A stretch of DNA of 64,000 bases from Octopus sinensis (Eukaryota). The notes below the pieces were generated by a model. It searched no databases. It saw nothing but the letters and a program-made list of their open reading frames with translations, and was not told the DNA's origin. The first letter of the stretch is position 1; each line of letters starts with the position of its first letter. The DNA is taken from contig NW_021834237.1 in NCBI RefSeq assembly GCF_006345805.1, positions 1 to 64,000 of the forward strand, given 5' to 3'. A program made the position numbers and the translations under genes. Below are positions 1 to 13,229 of this stretch, piece after piece.

Positions 1-30
1 AATAATAATAATAATAATAATAATTATAAT

Positions 31-587
31 AACTGCCCTGATGCAGTACCAAGCAGTGGCCTTCATGGCTCCTGATCTTAACTGATTGGAAGTGTTATCA
101 TGCACATTGTTTTGTCTTGGTATAAAAGATGGGCTACAGCAAATATTCTGCTCAATACCACAGATTTGCCTGTCAGTTGTTTGACCGTAACCAGTTGATC
201 ATGTCCTTTAGTGGCTGACGATATGTGCATCTCTGATCACGAGCAGAAGTAGTGGGGGAGCATCATAGCCGTGTTTTGAAATGAATTCTTGGAGGTTTGA
301 ATAATTCACCTGTGGAAACATGGGTGTTTCGTTCAACATCCTTAAACAACCCTTATTCAGGGGACTTTTGAGCGGGATGGGCTACTCAACCTGAAGAAAA
401 TTCTAACTGGGCCCCCCTGCAAGGTCATGTGCTTGTTTATCTTGATATGAGATCACCATGTCGCGCACATATGGTTGTGATGCATGTGCCTGGTGTGCCT
501 TATCAGACGGGTAGTCATGATGGGTTATATGGGCTTCGTATATTTTACCCCAGTGTCACATTGATGGCATGTACTGCTCTCTCACTC
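31..587 (-). mobile_element. ~560-bp interspersed repeat embedded in (AAT)n; possible non-autonomous retroelement targeting TAA microsatellites
   Basis: Complex non-coding block flanked on both sides by (AAT)n. Minus strand ends ...CATCAGGGCAGTT followed by (ATT)n, like a LINE-type tail. Family assignment and orientation are inference. Confidence 0.4.
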
Positions 588-822
<235 letters not shown>

Positions 823-1012
823 AAATATACATACGTAAGGATACATATTTTTCTATGAGTGTCTGGTTGAATGCGTCTTTGTGTTTGTGTATTTGTTGTT
901 TTTGTGTATGTGTGTGTTTACATAATCCACACACGCAAAAACCCTATATAATAAACGAAGTCTATCATATAGGTGTTTATATATAATATAATATAGGTGT
1001 TGTATACGTACA

Positions 1013-1048
<36 letters not shown>

Positions 1049-1049
1049 C

Positions 1050-1114
<65 letters not shown>

Positions 1115-1806
1115 TGTCTTATATATACATATTATATAAATATGTATAATATATATATATATATGTATATATATATATGGTATATATATAATATATAATA
1201 TATATATATATAATTAATCAATATAGTGGGTGAATGGCCTATTATGGCCGTTCCTTGATGTTTGATGTTGAACTAAAAATGGTCTATGACTATTTAATTT
1301 TTCCCACTAGGCCGCTGGTGGCAAAAGAATTCTACAAATTTTTTCTTTGCCACCCTATATTGATTAATTATGAATTTTCTGGTTAATTCCGTAATGGAAT
1401 CGACGGCTTATATTTATTTGCTGCCGATAAATTTTGGCGCGAGTGCGACGATTTGAAAATTTTAGGTCAGATATTACCTTGGCAGGGTCGGAAATGCCTC
1501 GTGAAAATATCTGTTCCGACTTGGCTATTTCTTGCTGAAGAATCTGAGGGCCTATGGAAGATTGGCTTGATTTAATTTAATCAGGTTAGTTTACCATTAA
1601 ACAGCAGATGAAACGGTGACGACCCGATTTACAAGAAATACAGGGTAAATTTTTTTTTAATTTCTCCGTGTACGGAATTATCTTTATTGCGGTGAAGCTT
1701 TGGCTGTTATTTCTAGTGGGTGAATGGCCTATTATGGCCGTTCCCTGATTGTTGATATATATATAATAATATATATATATATATATATAATATATATGTA
1801 TGTATG

Positions 1807-1846
<40 letters not shown>

Positions 1847-1889
1847 TATATTATAATATATATAATTTATATATATATATATATATATG

Positions 1890-2110
1890 TTTCGTTTTTG
1901 TATTTGGTTTGCAAGATTCTTTATGTGAATTCGTGTGATGTATATTTTATTGCGTCTGGAGAGAGTCATTCTCTTTTAGTGCCTTCTAATTTAACACACT
2001 CACCAGTCTGATTTCCAGTCATTAACTTATTTAGTTTTACTAAAATTTTCGTTGCATCTTGCAGCGTTTTTAATAGTCGTTGACTCTGTCCTTTATCGGT
2101 AACTACGTTT
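1890..2110 (-). repeat. interspersed repeat, homologous to 61530-61725 (opposite strand)
   Basis: Reverse complement shares AAGGCACTAAAAGAGAATGACTCTC..CAGAC..AA..AATAT..CACACGAA.TCACATAAAGAATCTTG.AAACCAAAT with the 61.6-kb copy; both lie next to TA/TACA runs. Confidence 0.7.
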
Positions 2111-2135
2111 ATTTTTTTGTGCGCATGCGTATATG

Positions 2136-2169
<34 letters not shown>

Positions 2170-2602
2170 TGTATGTATGTATGTATGTATGTATGTATGT
2201 ATGTATGTATGTATGTATGTGTATGCATGTATATGTGTGTATGTATATATGTTTATGTACGCTTGTGTGTACGTTTGTATGTACATACTCTATATGTACG
2301 TAATCTATATTTACCCTAATACTTTGGTGGATGGAGTTAGCTATATGCTAGATGCTCTCCATTATGTTCCTCTCGGTTTCCTCATTGCAGTTACTAGAAT
2401 TTGTCCAAACTACAATATTAATGTCATCTACATACCTACAGTAAAATAAAACAGTAGTGGATTGTCCTGCTAAGGGTGGTTTTAGTTTTCTGTTCCACGA
2501 AGTCATGAAGAGGCCGGCCTCATCTCCATCCACACCGATACCGAAGATAGAATAATATTCTTGTATTAAAGCTGCAAAATTATCACAGGATAATTTTGCA
2601 GG

Positions 2603-2650
<48 letters not shown>

Positions 2651-2652
<2 letters not shown>

Positions 2653-2848
2653 TTAATCCAAACAAGAAAGCACAAAAACACAACAACGCGAGGAGGCGTG
2701 GAACAAATATAGTATTATGGACGCTCAGGAAAGAAGCAAAGAAGGCGGGGTTTAACGTTTCGAGTGGAGCTCTTCGTCGGAAACATAGGAGAAGGAAAGA
2801 TCCGAGAAGGGAAGACAGAGGAAAAAAATCGCCAACGGTACACACGCG
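2651..2848 (-). mobile_element. Penelope-like pLTR-derived short repeat (family P1), copy 1
   Basis: Close homologue of 52063-52268 and 55889-56090; all three lie in (TA)n; carries a hammerhead-like motif. Confidence 0.65.
2750..2784 (-). ncRNA. minimal hammerhead-like motif (stem II has one mismatch)
   Basis: Minus strand: GUUU-CCGACGA-A-GAGC-UCC-ACUC-GAAAC-GUU-AAAC. Confidence 0.45.
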
Positions 2849-2906
2849 ATATATATATATATGTATGTATATATATATATATGTAATATATATATGATAT
2901 ATATTC

Positions 2907-2939
<33 letters not shown>

Positions 2940-3339
2940 ATATATATATATATATATATTAGATATATATATTTATATATATTTATATATATAGATATAA
3001 GTATATATATATATATATATAGATAGATATATATGTATATATAGATATATGTGTGTGTGTGGTATGTATATATAAATATGTATGTATATATATATGTAAT
3101 ATATATATATATATATTATATATACATACATACATACCTATACATATATATATATATATACACACCATAGAGACATATGGATATATATATATATTAATAT
3201 ATATATATATATATATATACTTACACGCACATACGTCCACATACACATTCACATACCACACCCTTACACACCCTCAGCCCTCCATGCTAGTACCCATCCC
3301 AAAACTCAGTTCTAATCCACAAACTTCAGTTCATCTGAA

Positions 3340-3520
3340 ACCAAATCTATGCAATTGTATGCTCAGAACGTAAAGAAAATTTCATTGGACAAACCGTGCA
3401 TTCCTTACGACAATGCATACTTGTCATCACCGAAGGAACAGAAATCAGTCTCGGACAAGAACAATTCGTCACAATAAAAGATAATTTCGCCTGTGCATCT
3501 GAAAAGCTAGTCATTCTTAT
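3340..3520 (+). pseudogene. Penelope-like GIY-YIG endonuclease relic
   Basis: Translates to QIYAIVCSERKENFIGQTVHSLRQC, matching the PLE IY..C..C...YIGQT..LR.R pattern; no extended ORF. Confidence 0.6.
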
Positions 3521-3825
3521 CACTTTCTGAGGAGGTGGAAAAAATTACATAGTACGAATAGGAGTCTCTTTACAACTGCAACCGTTACTGATATCTACAG
3601 ACAGCCACACCAGCTGCTGCTGCGGCTACTACACCCCGCAGTAACCCGAAGAAAGTGAAACACCAGCACCATGTGATTTTTGTAAGAAAAGCATGCGAAA
3701 TACAGAATAGGATATTTTGAATGAGTATAATTTCAATTGATTTTCAAACATTTTTCTCCTTTTGTTTTTAATATGAATTTACTCACATGAAATCTCTTAA
3801 CATTTTCACAAACGCACGCACACAC

Positions 3826-3928
<103 letters not shown>

Positions 3929-4559
3929 CATCTATCCAGCTATCTACCTATCTTCATGCATATACATATAGGGAGTGGTGTTGTATTCATATAAAAGTTA
4001 CTTTAAGGAGACCAAATGTTTTGCTTAGTTTTTTCGAGTGGGGTTGACGTCTATTATACGAATACTTCATTTAAAGGGCTGAAATTGAAGATTTATTCCA
4101 AATATCACCATGTAGCTCATATGAATATTTACATTTGCTGTTTTACTGGTATCCATCGCACTTAATCGACTATTTTCATCTAATTCGCACTCATTCACTA
4201 CTGTATACCAGTGCGGAACTTTTATCTCCGATTCGTTAATTCGGTGCACTTAAGGTTATAAATATTTAAACGTAAATGATAGAATAATGAATCGTAAGTT
4301 TTTATGTATTCGAAACGAAAGTACAAATGTGATATGGGTTTAAATTACTATTTTATGGTGAATCTTTAAACATTACACACACAAAAGTTAATTAAAATCC
4401 TGGAAAATAACACTATTGATGATTTTTTTACTTAATGGTATTATACGGATCGACTATATCAATTGTCCAATTAGAGATTGTAACTCATTCATCCAGGTTT
4501 GTGGTTGCACATGGACAAGAATTCTTTTTGAAAAATATTCCGTTACTATAGTTATTCTC

Positions 4560-5150
4560 TTAAAAACAACTCTCTGCAGTAGTCGATTTTTTTTCATGTC
4601 CACTAGATTTTAGCCGTGCTATTTTCTTTCCTAATTAGTTCACAGTTCACTTCTCTGGCAGACATGATTACAAGGTGTTTGTTTCATCCATTCTTCCAAT
4701 GCATACAGCCTATGGCATTTCTTTTGCTAAAATTCTGGTGAAACACTACTTGCCTATTATCTAGACCAACAGGTGGCTTTTGTGCTGAAGTACTAAATCA
4801 CATTTCATGAAATTTGTGCACCATCTGGGACTAACCTAATGATTAAAAATTCTGTTCTTCTTTGAATCCTTTAACTCTTGGATTCGGATGGCTTCAGAAG
4901 TTACATATTTTCCATCTTGGATTTTCAAGCATTTATCCGGCAACTTTTAATATGACCTTTGTCGGCATACTTTACGTATTTCCCGAAGTTTGTACGAGGT
5001 TTTCCCGAACAAACATGTCTCTGTGTCATACAGTTGTATGTTATCTCGATAACTTCAATAACGTTTTGTTTGAATGCTGCTATATTTTGTTTTTGCAAGG
5101 CATTTTCTCATGAAATGAAAAAAAAATACCCAAAACTATTTTCTGCTAGT
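4560..5150 (-). pseudogene. pogo/Tigger-type transposase relic
   Basis: Minus-strand fragments AAFKQNVIEVIE (HTH), YVTSEAIRIQELK, SPRWCTNFMKCDLVLQHKSH (CENP-B-like HTH) and IGRMDET (first DDE Asp), with frameshifts and stops. Confidence 0.6.
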
Positions 5151-5500
5151 ACTTATACGAGGACTGGCATCAGTTGTTCTATGAAGTGAAATTATGGTCT
5201 GACTTAAACATGACTTTTAAACAGTCTCTTTTATCGCTGCAGCTGAGAGAAACCTTTTGGTCACTTATCTGACAACCTTGGTTACAAAATTTCATAGCTG
5301 TGTTTACATCTCTGAACCGTAAGCTGATAAAACCTGTCCTGGTATGTTAATTAAAATCAGTTATACTGATAAATGCATAGGCTTTAACTTAATATAAGAA
5401 ATGAAGGTATACTGTGTTTTGTATCGCTCTAATTATGCTGCAGTAAATGCAGTACATTTTCGATAATGATCTTGTAAAATTCGAAATTGAACGAATCGAA

Positions 5501-5932
5501 TCATATATAAGGTATTCCACCAGTGACCCTTCCTAACCAGAGTTTGACCATAATTTCCTGTAGTTTCAGATAACTGTTTGAATTGAGCCTAAAGACCCTA
5601 TTTATTAGTTTTTGAATGAAATCCGGTGTGCAGATGCAGTCAGAACGCCTACTGTGCTCCTTCCTGTTGGCCCCGGCTTCGTAGTCACCGCAGTAGCTGT
5701 CGTATCTTACAGCTTTTACACTGTTCATAGAGCATTGAGCAGCAGTCATGATGTCGGCATTTTGATACCCAGCGTAAATCAACATGATACAAGAAACCTT
5801 TTCCCAATATCTAGATGGTTTCCAGTCCACCATGTCAGCTAACTGTTTCTCAACTACAACTTTATTCTTTATGCTCATCAATGCCGTGCCGTTGACCAGA
5901 ACTTCAAGCTGTTCTTGAAAAAAAGGAGACAT
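5501..5932 (-). pseudogene. Tc1/mariner-superfamily (DD37D/maT-like) transposase relic, internally deleted
   Basis: ORF DWKPSRYWEKVSCIMLIYAGYQNADIMTAAQCSMNSVKAV...RKEHSRRSDCICTPDFIQKL joined to VKLWLGRVTGG, which resembles the segment before the second Asp. Subfamily assignment is inference. Confidence 0.5.
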
Positions 5933-5941
5933 ATAAAAATC

Positions 5942-6360
5942 GGCGCAGGAGTGGCTGTCTGGTAAGTAGCTTGTTTACCAACCACATGGTTCCGGGTTCA
6001 GTCCCAATGCGTGGCACCTTGGGCAAGTGTCTTCTACTATAGCCTCAGGCCTACCAAAACCTTGTGAGTGGATTTGGTAGACGGAAACTAAAAGAAGCCA
6101 GTTGTATATATGTATGTATATATATATGTGTGTGTTATGTGTTTGTGTCTCTGTGTTGGTCCCCCCAACATCGCTTGACAACCGATGCTGGTGTACTTAC
6201 GTCCCCGCAACTTAGCGGTTCGGCAAAAGAGACCGATAGAATAAGTACAAGGTTTACAAAGAATAGTCTTGGGGTCGATTTGTTCGACCAAAGGCGGTGC
6301 TCCAGCATGGCCGCAGTTAAATGACTGAAACGAGTAAAAGTGTAAAGTGTAAAGTGTAAA
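5942..6360 (+). mobile_element. SINE family A (tRNA-derived head, CORE-like middle, internal TA/TG microsatellite), full length
   Basis: Pol III A box TGGCTGTCTGG, B box GGTTCAGTCCC, GGCACCTTGGGCAAGTG segment, tail GTTAAATGACTGAAACGAGTAAAAG with short repeats; more than 10 copies in the window. Confidence 0.9.
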
Positions 6361-6369
6361 AATGTATAT

Positions 6370-6405
<36 letters not shown>

Positions 6406-6536
6406 AAGCCTTTGCGAAAATTACTTGATACAATTTTACTAAGTAGAAAAAAAGCAATTTAAAAAAGATTTTTTAAAAAAAAGTTATAAATTCTTTATCA
6501 GAACGTCCCTAGCTTTTGTGGAAGAAATATACAACG

Positions 6537-6700
6537 GCTTCTTTCAGTTTCCATCCATCAGGAACTAAATCCACTCACAAGGTTCTGATCGGCCCGGGAC
6601 TGTGATAGAAGACACTTGCCTAAGGTGCTGTGCAGTGGGTCCGAACCCGGAACCACATGATTGGGGAGCAAACTTCTTATCACACAATCACAGCAGCGTC
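6537..6700 (-). mobile_element. older SINE A 5' fragment
   Basis: Diverged match to the SINE A head and middle. Confidence 0.65.
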
Positions 6701-6800
6701 TACATATAAGAACTTGGCTCTGGTTTTCATCTGCCTTTCACTCCGTCACCTGTTCTGACTAACAACCAATTCTTCGAAAGCCTACTTTGTTACATTCTCC

Positions 6801-7215
6801 CTCTTTACTCTTTTACTCTTTTACTTGTTTCAGTCATTTGACCGCGGCCATGCTGGAGCACCGCCTTTAGTCGAGCAACTCGACCCCGGGACTTATTCTT
6901 TTGTAAGCCCAGTACTTATTCTATCGGTCTCTTTTGCCGAACCGCTAAGTAACGGGGACATAAACACACCAGCATCGGTTGTCAAGCAATGCTAGAGGGA
7001 CAAACACAGACATACAAACACACACACGCATATACATATATATACATATATACGACGGGCTTCTTTCAGTTTCCGTCTACCAAATCCACTCACAAGGCTT
7101 TGGTCGGCCCGAGGCTATAGTAGAAGACACTTACCCAAGGTGCCACGCAGTGGGACTGAACCCGGAACCATGTGGTTGGTAAACAAGCTACTTACCACAG
7201 AGCCACTCCTGCGCC
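6801..7215 (-). mobile_element. SINE family A, full length
   Basis: Reverse-complement copy with (CTCTTTTA)n tail and CTCCTGCGCC head. Confidence 0.9.
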
Positions 7216-7984
7216 TGTTAGAAACAACTAACCAATCACCCTCTAAATAGCGGGGAAATACAATGGATAGTCCAAATTTATACATGCTATACTTGAGGAT
7301 GGAGAAGGTATAGACATGGCCGATTTTAGACCTACTCAATTGGTACCGGCCTGGGGCTAAGCAGAAGCAGAAATAGCAGCAGCAGCAGCAGCAACAACCT
7401 CAGTAGCAGCAGTCACAACTTGCTGTTCTGTTTTTTTATTTGTACGAGCAACCGATGGACGACTTGTCCGTCCAGCCTGGTTATTGTGACACAACTGACG
7501 AGATTTATGTTGCTGAAATAATAAAACATTAGAAACGGCCAAAAACAACAGAAAAATTATAAATACTCTTGATCACCGGTCATGTTTTTTTCCCATTTTT
7601 GTTTCATCATTGCAAACGAGTCAAGTCAGCGTTCTGGAATTAACTCATCGTATTACTGTAGTAGTTAGTTCTAATGCCACCAGACGGCGTTCCAGCTTCA
7701 CTTTGTCTGACTCATTTATGACATGCAATTAATATATCACTTAGCAACGAAAACGCATTCTGTGATGAGTATAGGACTTTGCACAGATGATTTCATATTA
7801 CTGTCAGGCCTGCAATAATACATTTAGATGTTGTTTGTAAGGGAATAATCTTGTGTACTTTATATTTTCATACATTGACCTGTGTCATATTTTCTTTCAG
7901 TAATTTTGATATTACTTTTAATATCATACTAATTGTCATTTGTATCTTTGAACCCGAGCCTGTTGTATCAACATTCTACCCCAC

Positions 7985-8033
<49 letters not shown>

Positions 8034-8340
8034 ACACACACACACATACACACACATACACACACATACACACACACACACACAAAGAATATGTAACAAA
8101 ACAATATGGAAGTGAATACAAAAGAAGAGTGCCATATATTCATATTCTTATTATTGTACGGGTTTCAGTAATTGAACTAAATTAAGCTGGACCACCTGCA
8201 TCAACGTATTTAATCGACTCCAGTACTTCGTCTGGTACTTCTTTTATCATAACAAAACACTACAAGATATTTTTGCTTGGTATATCGATTTTTCTTCACA
8301 AAATTTATAAATGACAAAATTCATAAATGACAAAATTTTC

Positions 8341-10876
8341 CTAGGTGAAGAATGCACCCCACAACGACTTCAGGATCAGGGCTAAATGGATGCCCAGAAG
8401 ACGACCGGCATGGTGGGGAAGATCTGGAATCTTAAGGAATGGACAAAGATTTAAAGACATATTACTCGAAGCTTTTGACGAAATAAAGGGGATATATATA
8501 GCCTCACATAATGTGGAAGACAACTGGAGGTTTCTCCGAGACAGCCTGTTGAGGGCCACTGACCAGAACTTGCCAACTTGCGTCGTGAGGACCAAACACT
8601 TGAGGTTTTTTGTGTTGCAAGACAGTGCGTGAGAGAGAATCGTGATATCATAGTAGAGAAATGTGTCCACATGGATGACGGCTGACTTACATTTAACGAG
8701 GCTGCAAGGAGAGAGACTTGGAGATAAATGAAGAGATTGAATGGGAGAAAGAGAGTTTGCCGAATGTCGACCCAACAGAGGGACCAGCTTTCCGAATCGA
8801 CAGTACCCTGGTAGATAAAGCAATTAAGGGTATGAAGACAGGGAAAGCCCCCCGGCCCATCAGTAATCACCGCAGAGATGCTTAAAATATCTGGCGGTGT
8901 CGGCTATAGTCTAGTCACCCGTATAGTCAACCAGGTGATACATGAAGGAATCATACCCAATGACTGGTGTAGCAGCACCATAGTCAACTGCTACAAAGGT
9001 AAAGGTGACGCATTAGATACAAATAATTACAGAGTTATCAAGTTGTTGGAACAGATAATGAAAGTAATGGAGAGGGTCATAGCCCAACTAATTAGGGAGA
9101 GAGTCAGTCTAGACGAGATGCAGTTTGGGTTTGTGCCAAGGAAAAGCACTACCGATGCTATATTTCTGGTAAGACAGCTGCAGGAGGAATACCTAGCCAA
9201 AGATAAACATCTGTACCTGGTTTTCGTTGGCATGGAGAAAGCCTTTGACAGGATCCCCCAATCCCTTATCTGGTGGTCAATGAGGAAACTAGGGATAGAT
9301 GAATGGTTAGTGAGAGCTGTACAAACGATGTACAGGGACGCTGTCAGTAAGGTGAGGGTTGGCAACGAGTACAGTGAAGAATTCCAGGTAGGGGTAGGGA
9401 TCAACCAAGGATCAATCCTCATCTCCCTCTTATTCATCATACTCCTTCATACAATAACAGAGGAATTCAAGACAGGATGCCCCTGGGAGCTCCTCTATGC
9501 TGATGACCTTGCTCTAATTGCTGAGTCACTATCAGAACTAGAGGAGAAGTTTCAGGTGTTGAAGCAAGGATTAGAATCGAAGGGCCTTAGAGTCAACCTA
9601 GCTAAAACCAGCCTTAATAAGTAGGAAGGCAGACAAACCACAAATCCCTTCAGGTAGATGGCCCTGCTCGATCTGTAGAAAAGGCGTAGGTAGAAACTCC
9701 ATAAGATGTACCCAGTGTAAGCTATGGACACATAAGAGATGCAGCAATATCAAAGGAAGGCTAACTGAGAAGATAGTTTTTGTATGTGGCAAATGCTCAG
9801 GTGCAATAAACACTAAAAACGTTCAGAACAGCTTCCGTCACATTCCAGGGGGAAAAACTAGAAGTAGTTGATAGCTTCCGTTACCTAGATGACCAAGTCG
9901 GTAGCTTGGGTGGATGCTCTGAAAGTGTAGCAGCTAGAGTAAGGATAGCCTGGGTAAAGATCAGAGAGCTCCTACCTCTGCTAGTGACAAAGGGTCTCTC
10001 GCTCAGAGGTAGACTGTATGACGCATGTGTGCGAACAGCTATGCTACATGTCAGTGAAACATGGTCGTCCGAGAACATGCGTACGCTTGCAAAGAATGAA
10101 GCCAGTATGCTCCGCTGGATGTGTAATGTCAGTGTGCATACTGAGTAAGCACCCTGAGAGGAAAGTTGGACTTAAGAGGTATCAGATGTGGTGTGAAAGA
10201 GAGACGACTATGCTTGTATGGTCATGTGTTGCGAATGGATGAGGACAATTGTGTGAAAACGTGTCACACCCTAGTAGTTGAGGGAAACTTCGGAAGAGGT
10301 AGACCCAGAAAAACCTGGGATGAGGTGGTGAAGCACGACCTTCGAACATTGGGCCTCCCCGACGCAATGACAAATGCCCGAGACCTTTGGAGATATGCTG
10401 TGTTTGAGAAGACCTGGCAAGCCTAGTGAGACCATAACCGTGGCTTATGTCAGTGCTGTATAACCAGCCCATTTAAGAATACCCTTCAATCATTGGACAA
10501 TAAACTATGCTTGCGAAGATCTGTTGAGGCAAGGGAAATCAAAATCGCTGACGTGGCCGATGACAGTACCGCCTGATTGGTACCCATGCCAGTGGAACGT
10601 TAGAAGTATCATTCGAGCATGATCGTTGCCAGGGCTACTGACTGGCTCCCGTGTTGGTGGTACATAAAAAGAAATATTTGAGCGTGGCCGATGCCAGCAC
10701 CGCCTTTCTGGCACTCGGGCCGGTGACACGTAAAAGCACCCACTACACTCTCGGAATGGTTGGCGTTAGGAAGGGCTGGAGACTGGTGCAGCCTTCTGGC
10801 TCGCCAGCCCTCAGTCAAACCGTCCAACCCATGCCAGCATGGAAAAGCGGACGCTAAAAGATGACGATGATGATGT
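8341..10876 (+). mobile_element. 5'-truncated RTE-clade LINE, frameshifted
   Basis: RT motifs YKGKGD, QFGF, KAFDR, QGS.LS.LLF, LLYADD; C-terminal RGRPRKTW; 3' end CCATGCCAGCATGGAAAAGCGGACG with (GAT)n tail; several frameshifts. Confidence 0.92.
8878..9624 (+). pseudogene. RTE reverse-transcriptase domain (248-aa open segment of a disrupted ORF)
   Basis: ORF contains WELLYADDLALIAES and the other non-LTR RT motifs; the frame breaks at ~9610 and the element continues in other frames to 10426. Confidence 0.9.
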
Positions 10877-10989
10877 AATAATTCTATTCATCATTAAAAC
10901 TCGTTTTGAAACAGCTGAGTGAACCAATTTCCATCAGTTGTTATTTATTCATTACAGCCACACCACCCACCTACGTATAGACTGGTAGT

Positions 10990-11165
10990 CTGTCGGTTAC
11001 GACGATGAACGTTTCACTTGATCCGATCAACGGAATAGTCTGTTCGTGAAATTAACGCGCAAGTGGCTGAGCGCACCACAGACATGCATACCTTTAGCGT
11101 AGTTCTCAGGCAGATTCAGCGTGACACAGAGTGTGACAAGGTCAGCCCTTTGAGTTACAGGTGCT
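10990..11165 (-). mobile_element. diverged 3' fragment related to SINE family B
   Basis: GTCGGTTACGACGA...GATCAACGGAA...CGTGAAATTAACG...CAGCGTGACACAGAG matches the family B tail. Confidence 0.65.
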
Positions 11166-11281
11166 ACTCATTTTTGCTAGCTGAGTGAAATAACGTATCT
11201 TGCCCAAGGACCTTACTACCTTGAGCTGCTTACCCTATCGACTAAACCACATGCCTTCATATCTATCTATCTATCTATCTA

Positions 11282-11317
<36 letters not shown>

Positions 11318-11370
11318 CCTATCTATATGTGTGTGTGTGTACATGTGTGTGTATGCGCATACACGCACAC

Positions 11371-11409
<39 letters not shown>

Positions 11410-12321
11410 TGTATATATATATATATATGTGTTGTGGTGTGTGTGTGTGTATATATATATGTATATATATATATATATATTATATATATACAATAAATAT
11501 AATATATATATAATATACACAATATATATATATATATGTGTGTGTGTGTTGTGTGTTGTGGTGTTGTGTGTGCGTGGTGTGTGTGTGTGCGCGCGCGCAT
11601 TTGTGTTTGCGCTGTAATTGTCCCAACCACCGTTTGACAACCGGTGTTGGTGTGTTTACGTCTTCGTAACTTAGCACTTGTGCAAAAGAAAGAGACAGAA
11701 TAAGTAACCGGCTTGCTTAAAAATAAGTACTGGGGTTAATTCGTTCCATTAAATGACTTTGTTCTGCCCAACAGCTACAATGATATAATTTACGACGAGC
11801 TTTTCCTTGTACTGAAAGAGAATTATAATTTGGAAGTGTTGGCTTTTTTGGGGACGATTTAGTGTATGTATGTGAGCCATCAGCGACCGGGATAGTAAAT
11901 TTCTGATTATATTGGTTGGTTGAAAAATATCTAAGTTCTGTGGGTTCTAAAACACGACGAAGACATGTTGAAAGTCGGAGAAGCAATGAAGAGAAATAAT
12001 AAGAATGTTAATGATGTTGCTCCTCCTCCATCAGTTAGTTTGCTACCCCAGCCTAAATTTAACCTGGTTGAACAACCAGCTCCACTCAACAGAACAAAAA
12101 GGGGGAAAAAAAGGAACAATGGAAAACATTCTCCTGATTCCTGTCATTACAAGGAAGGTTCTGTTCGCTTTTATCTCAGAAATGACCACACATCATTAGC
12201 CTGTTGACCCAGAAGCATAGAAAAATATCTGGGGACCAAATGAAATTAGCACTGGCGAAGCAGTGAATGAAACTACGTTAGTTGCAGATGACAACTTAGA
12301 TTTAGGAAATTAACTATTTGA

Positions 12322-12474
12322 TGTGTGGTAAGTAGCTTGCTTACGAACCGCATGGTTCCGGGTTCAGTCCCACTGCATGGCACCTTGGGCAAGTGTCTTC
12401 TACTATAGCCTCGGGCCGACCAAAGCCTTGTGAGTAGATTTGGTAGACGGAAACTGAAAGAAGCCTGTCGTAAT

Positions 12475-12561
<87 letters not shown>

Positions 12562-12785
12562 TTGTGTGTTTGTGTGTCTGTGTTTGTCTCCCTAGCATTG
12601 CTTGACAACCGATGCTGGTGTCTTTATGTCCCCGTCACTTAGCGGTTCGGCAAAAGAGACCGATAGAATAAGTACTAGGCTTACAAAGAATAAGTCCCGG
12701 GGTCGAGTTGCTCGATTAAAAGGCGTTGCTCCAGCATGGCCGCAGTCAAATGACTGAAACAAGTAAAAGAGTAAAAGAGAGAGTA
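12322..12785 (+). mobile_element. SINE family A with long internal (TA)n
   Basis: Near-complete copy lying between the Gypsy gag-like and protease-like segments. Confidence 0.9.
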
Positions 12786-13229
12786 AATCTCTTAAGGGTA
12801 CACATAGAGATTAATGGTCGACATATTGAAGTGAAAGTTAACAAAGGATCAGTGCTTCAATGATCGGCTGTACCGCATTTGAAAATTTGTTGAGTGAATC
12901 TGATATGTCAAAACTCAAACTCCTAACAGAAATTATCAACCCATAAAAGGAAAAAGCATCTTACTGTGTGGTTTTTGAGGTGTCTGTGGGTTATGATGGG
13001 TGACATTTTTGTTTGCTGTTGATAAATATTCCTGCCGATGGCTCCATACTTTTGGGAAGGAACTGGTTGCAAGACGTATTTTCAGCTGGAAGCACATCCA
13101 CCAGTTAAAGGCTGTGAACCTGTTATCAAATATATTATAGCAAATTATTCTGATGTTTTTAAGACGAATTAGATATATTAAATAGCTTCATTACAAAACT
13201 AAGCGTTAATTTTGAAATGAAACCCGTAA

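Noticed and set aside
10800-10876. Shared 3' tail between the RTE LINE and a SINE (mobilising partner)
   Set aside because: Only CCAGCATGG (9 bp) is shared with SINE A; no SINE tail in the window convincingly matches a LINE 3' end.
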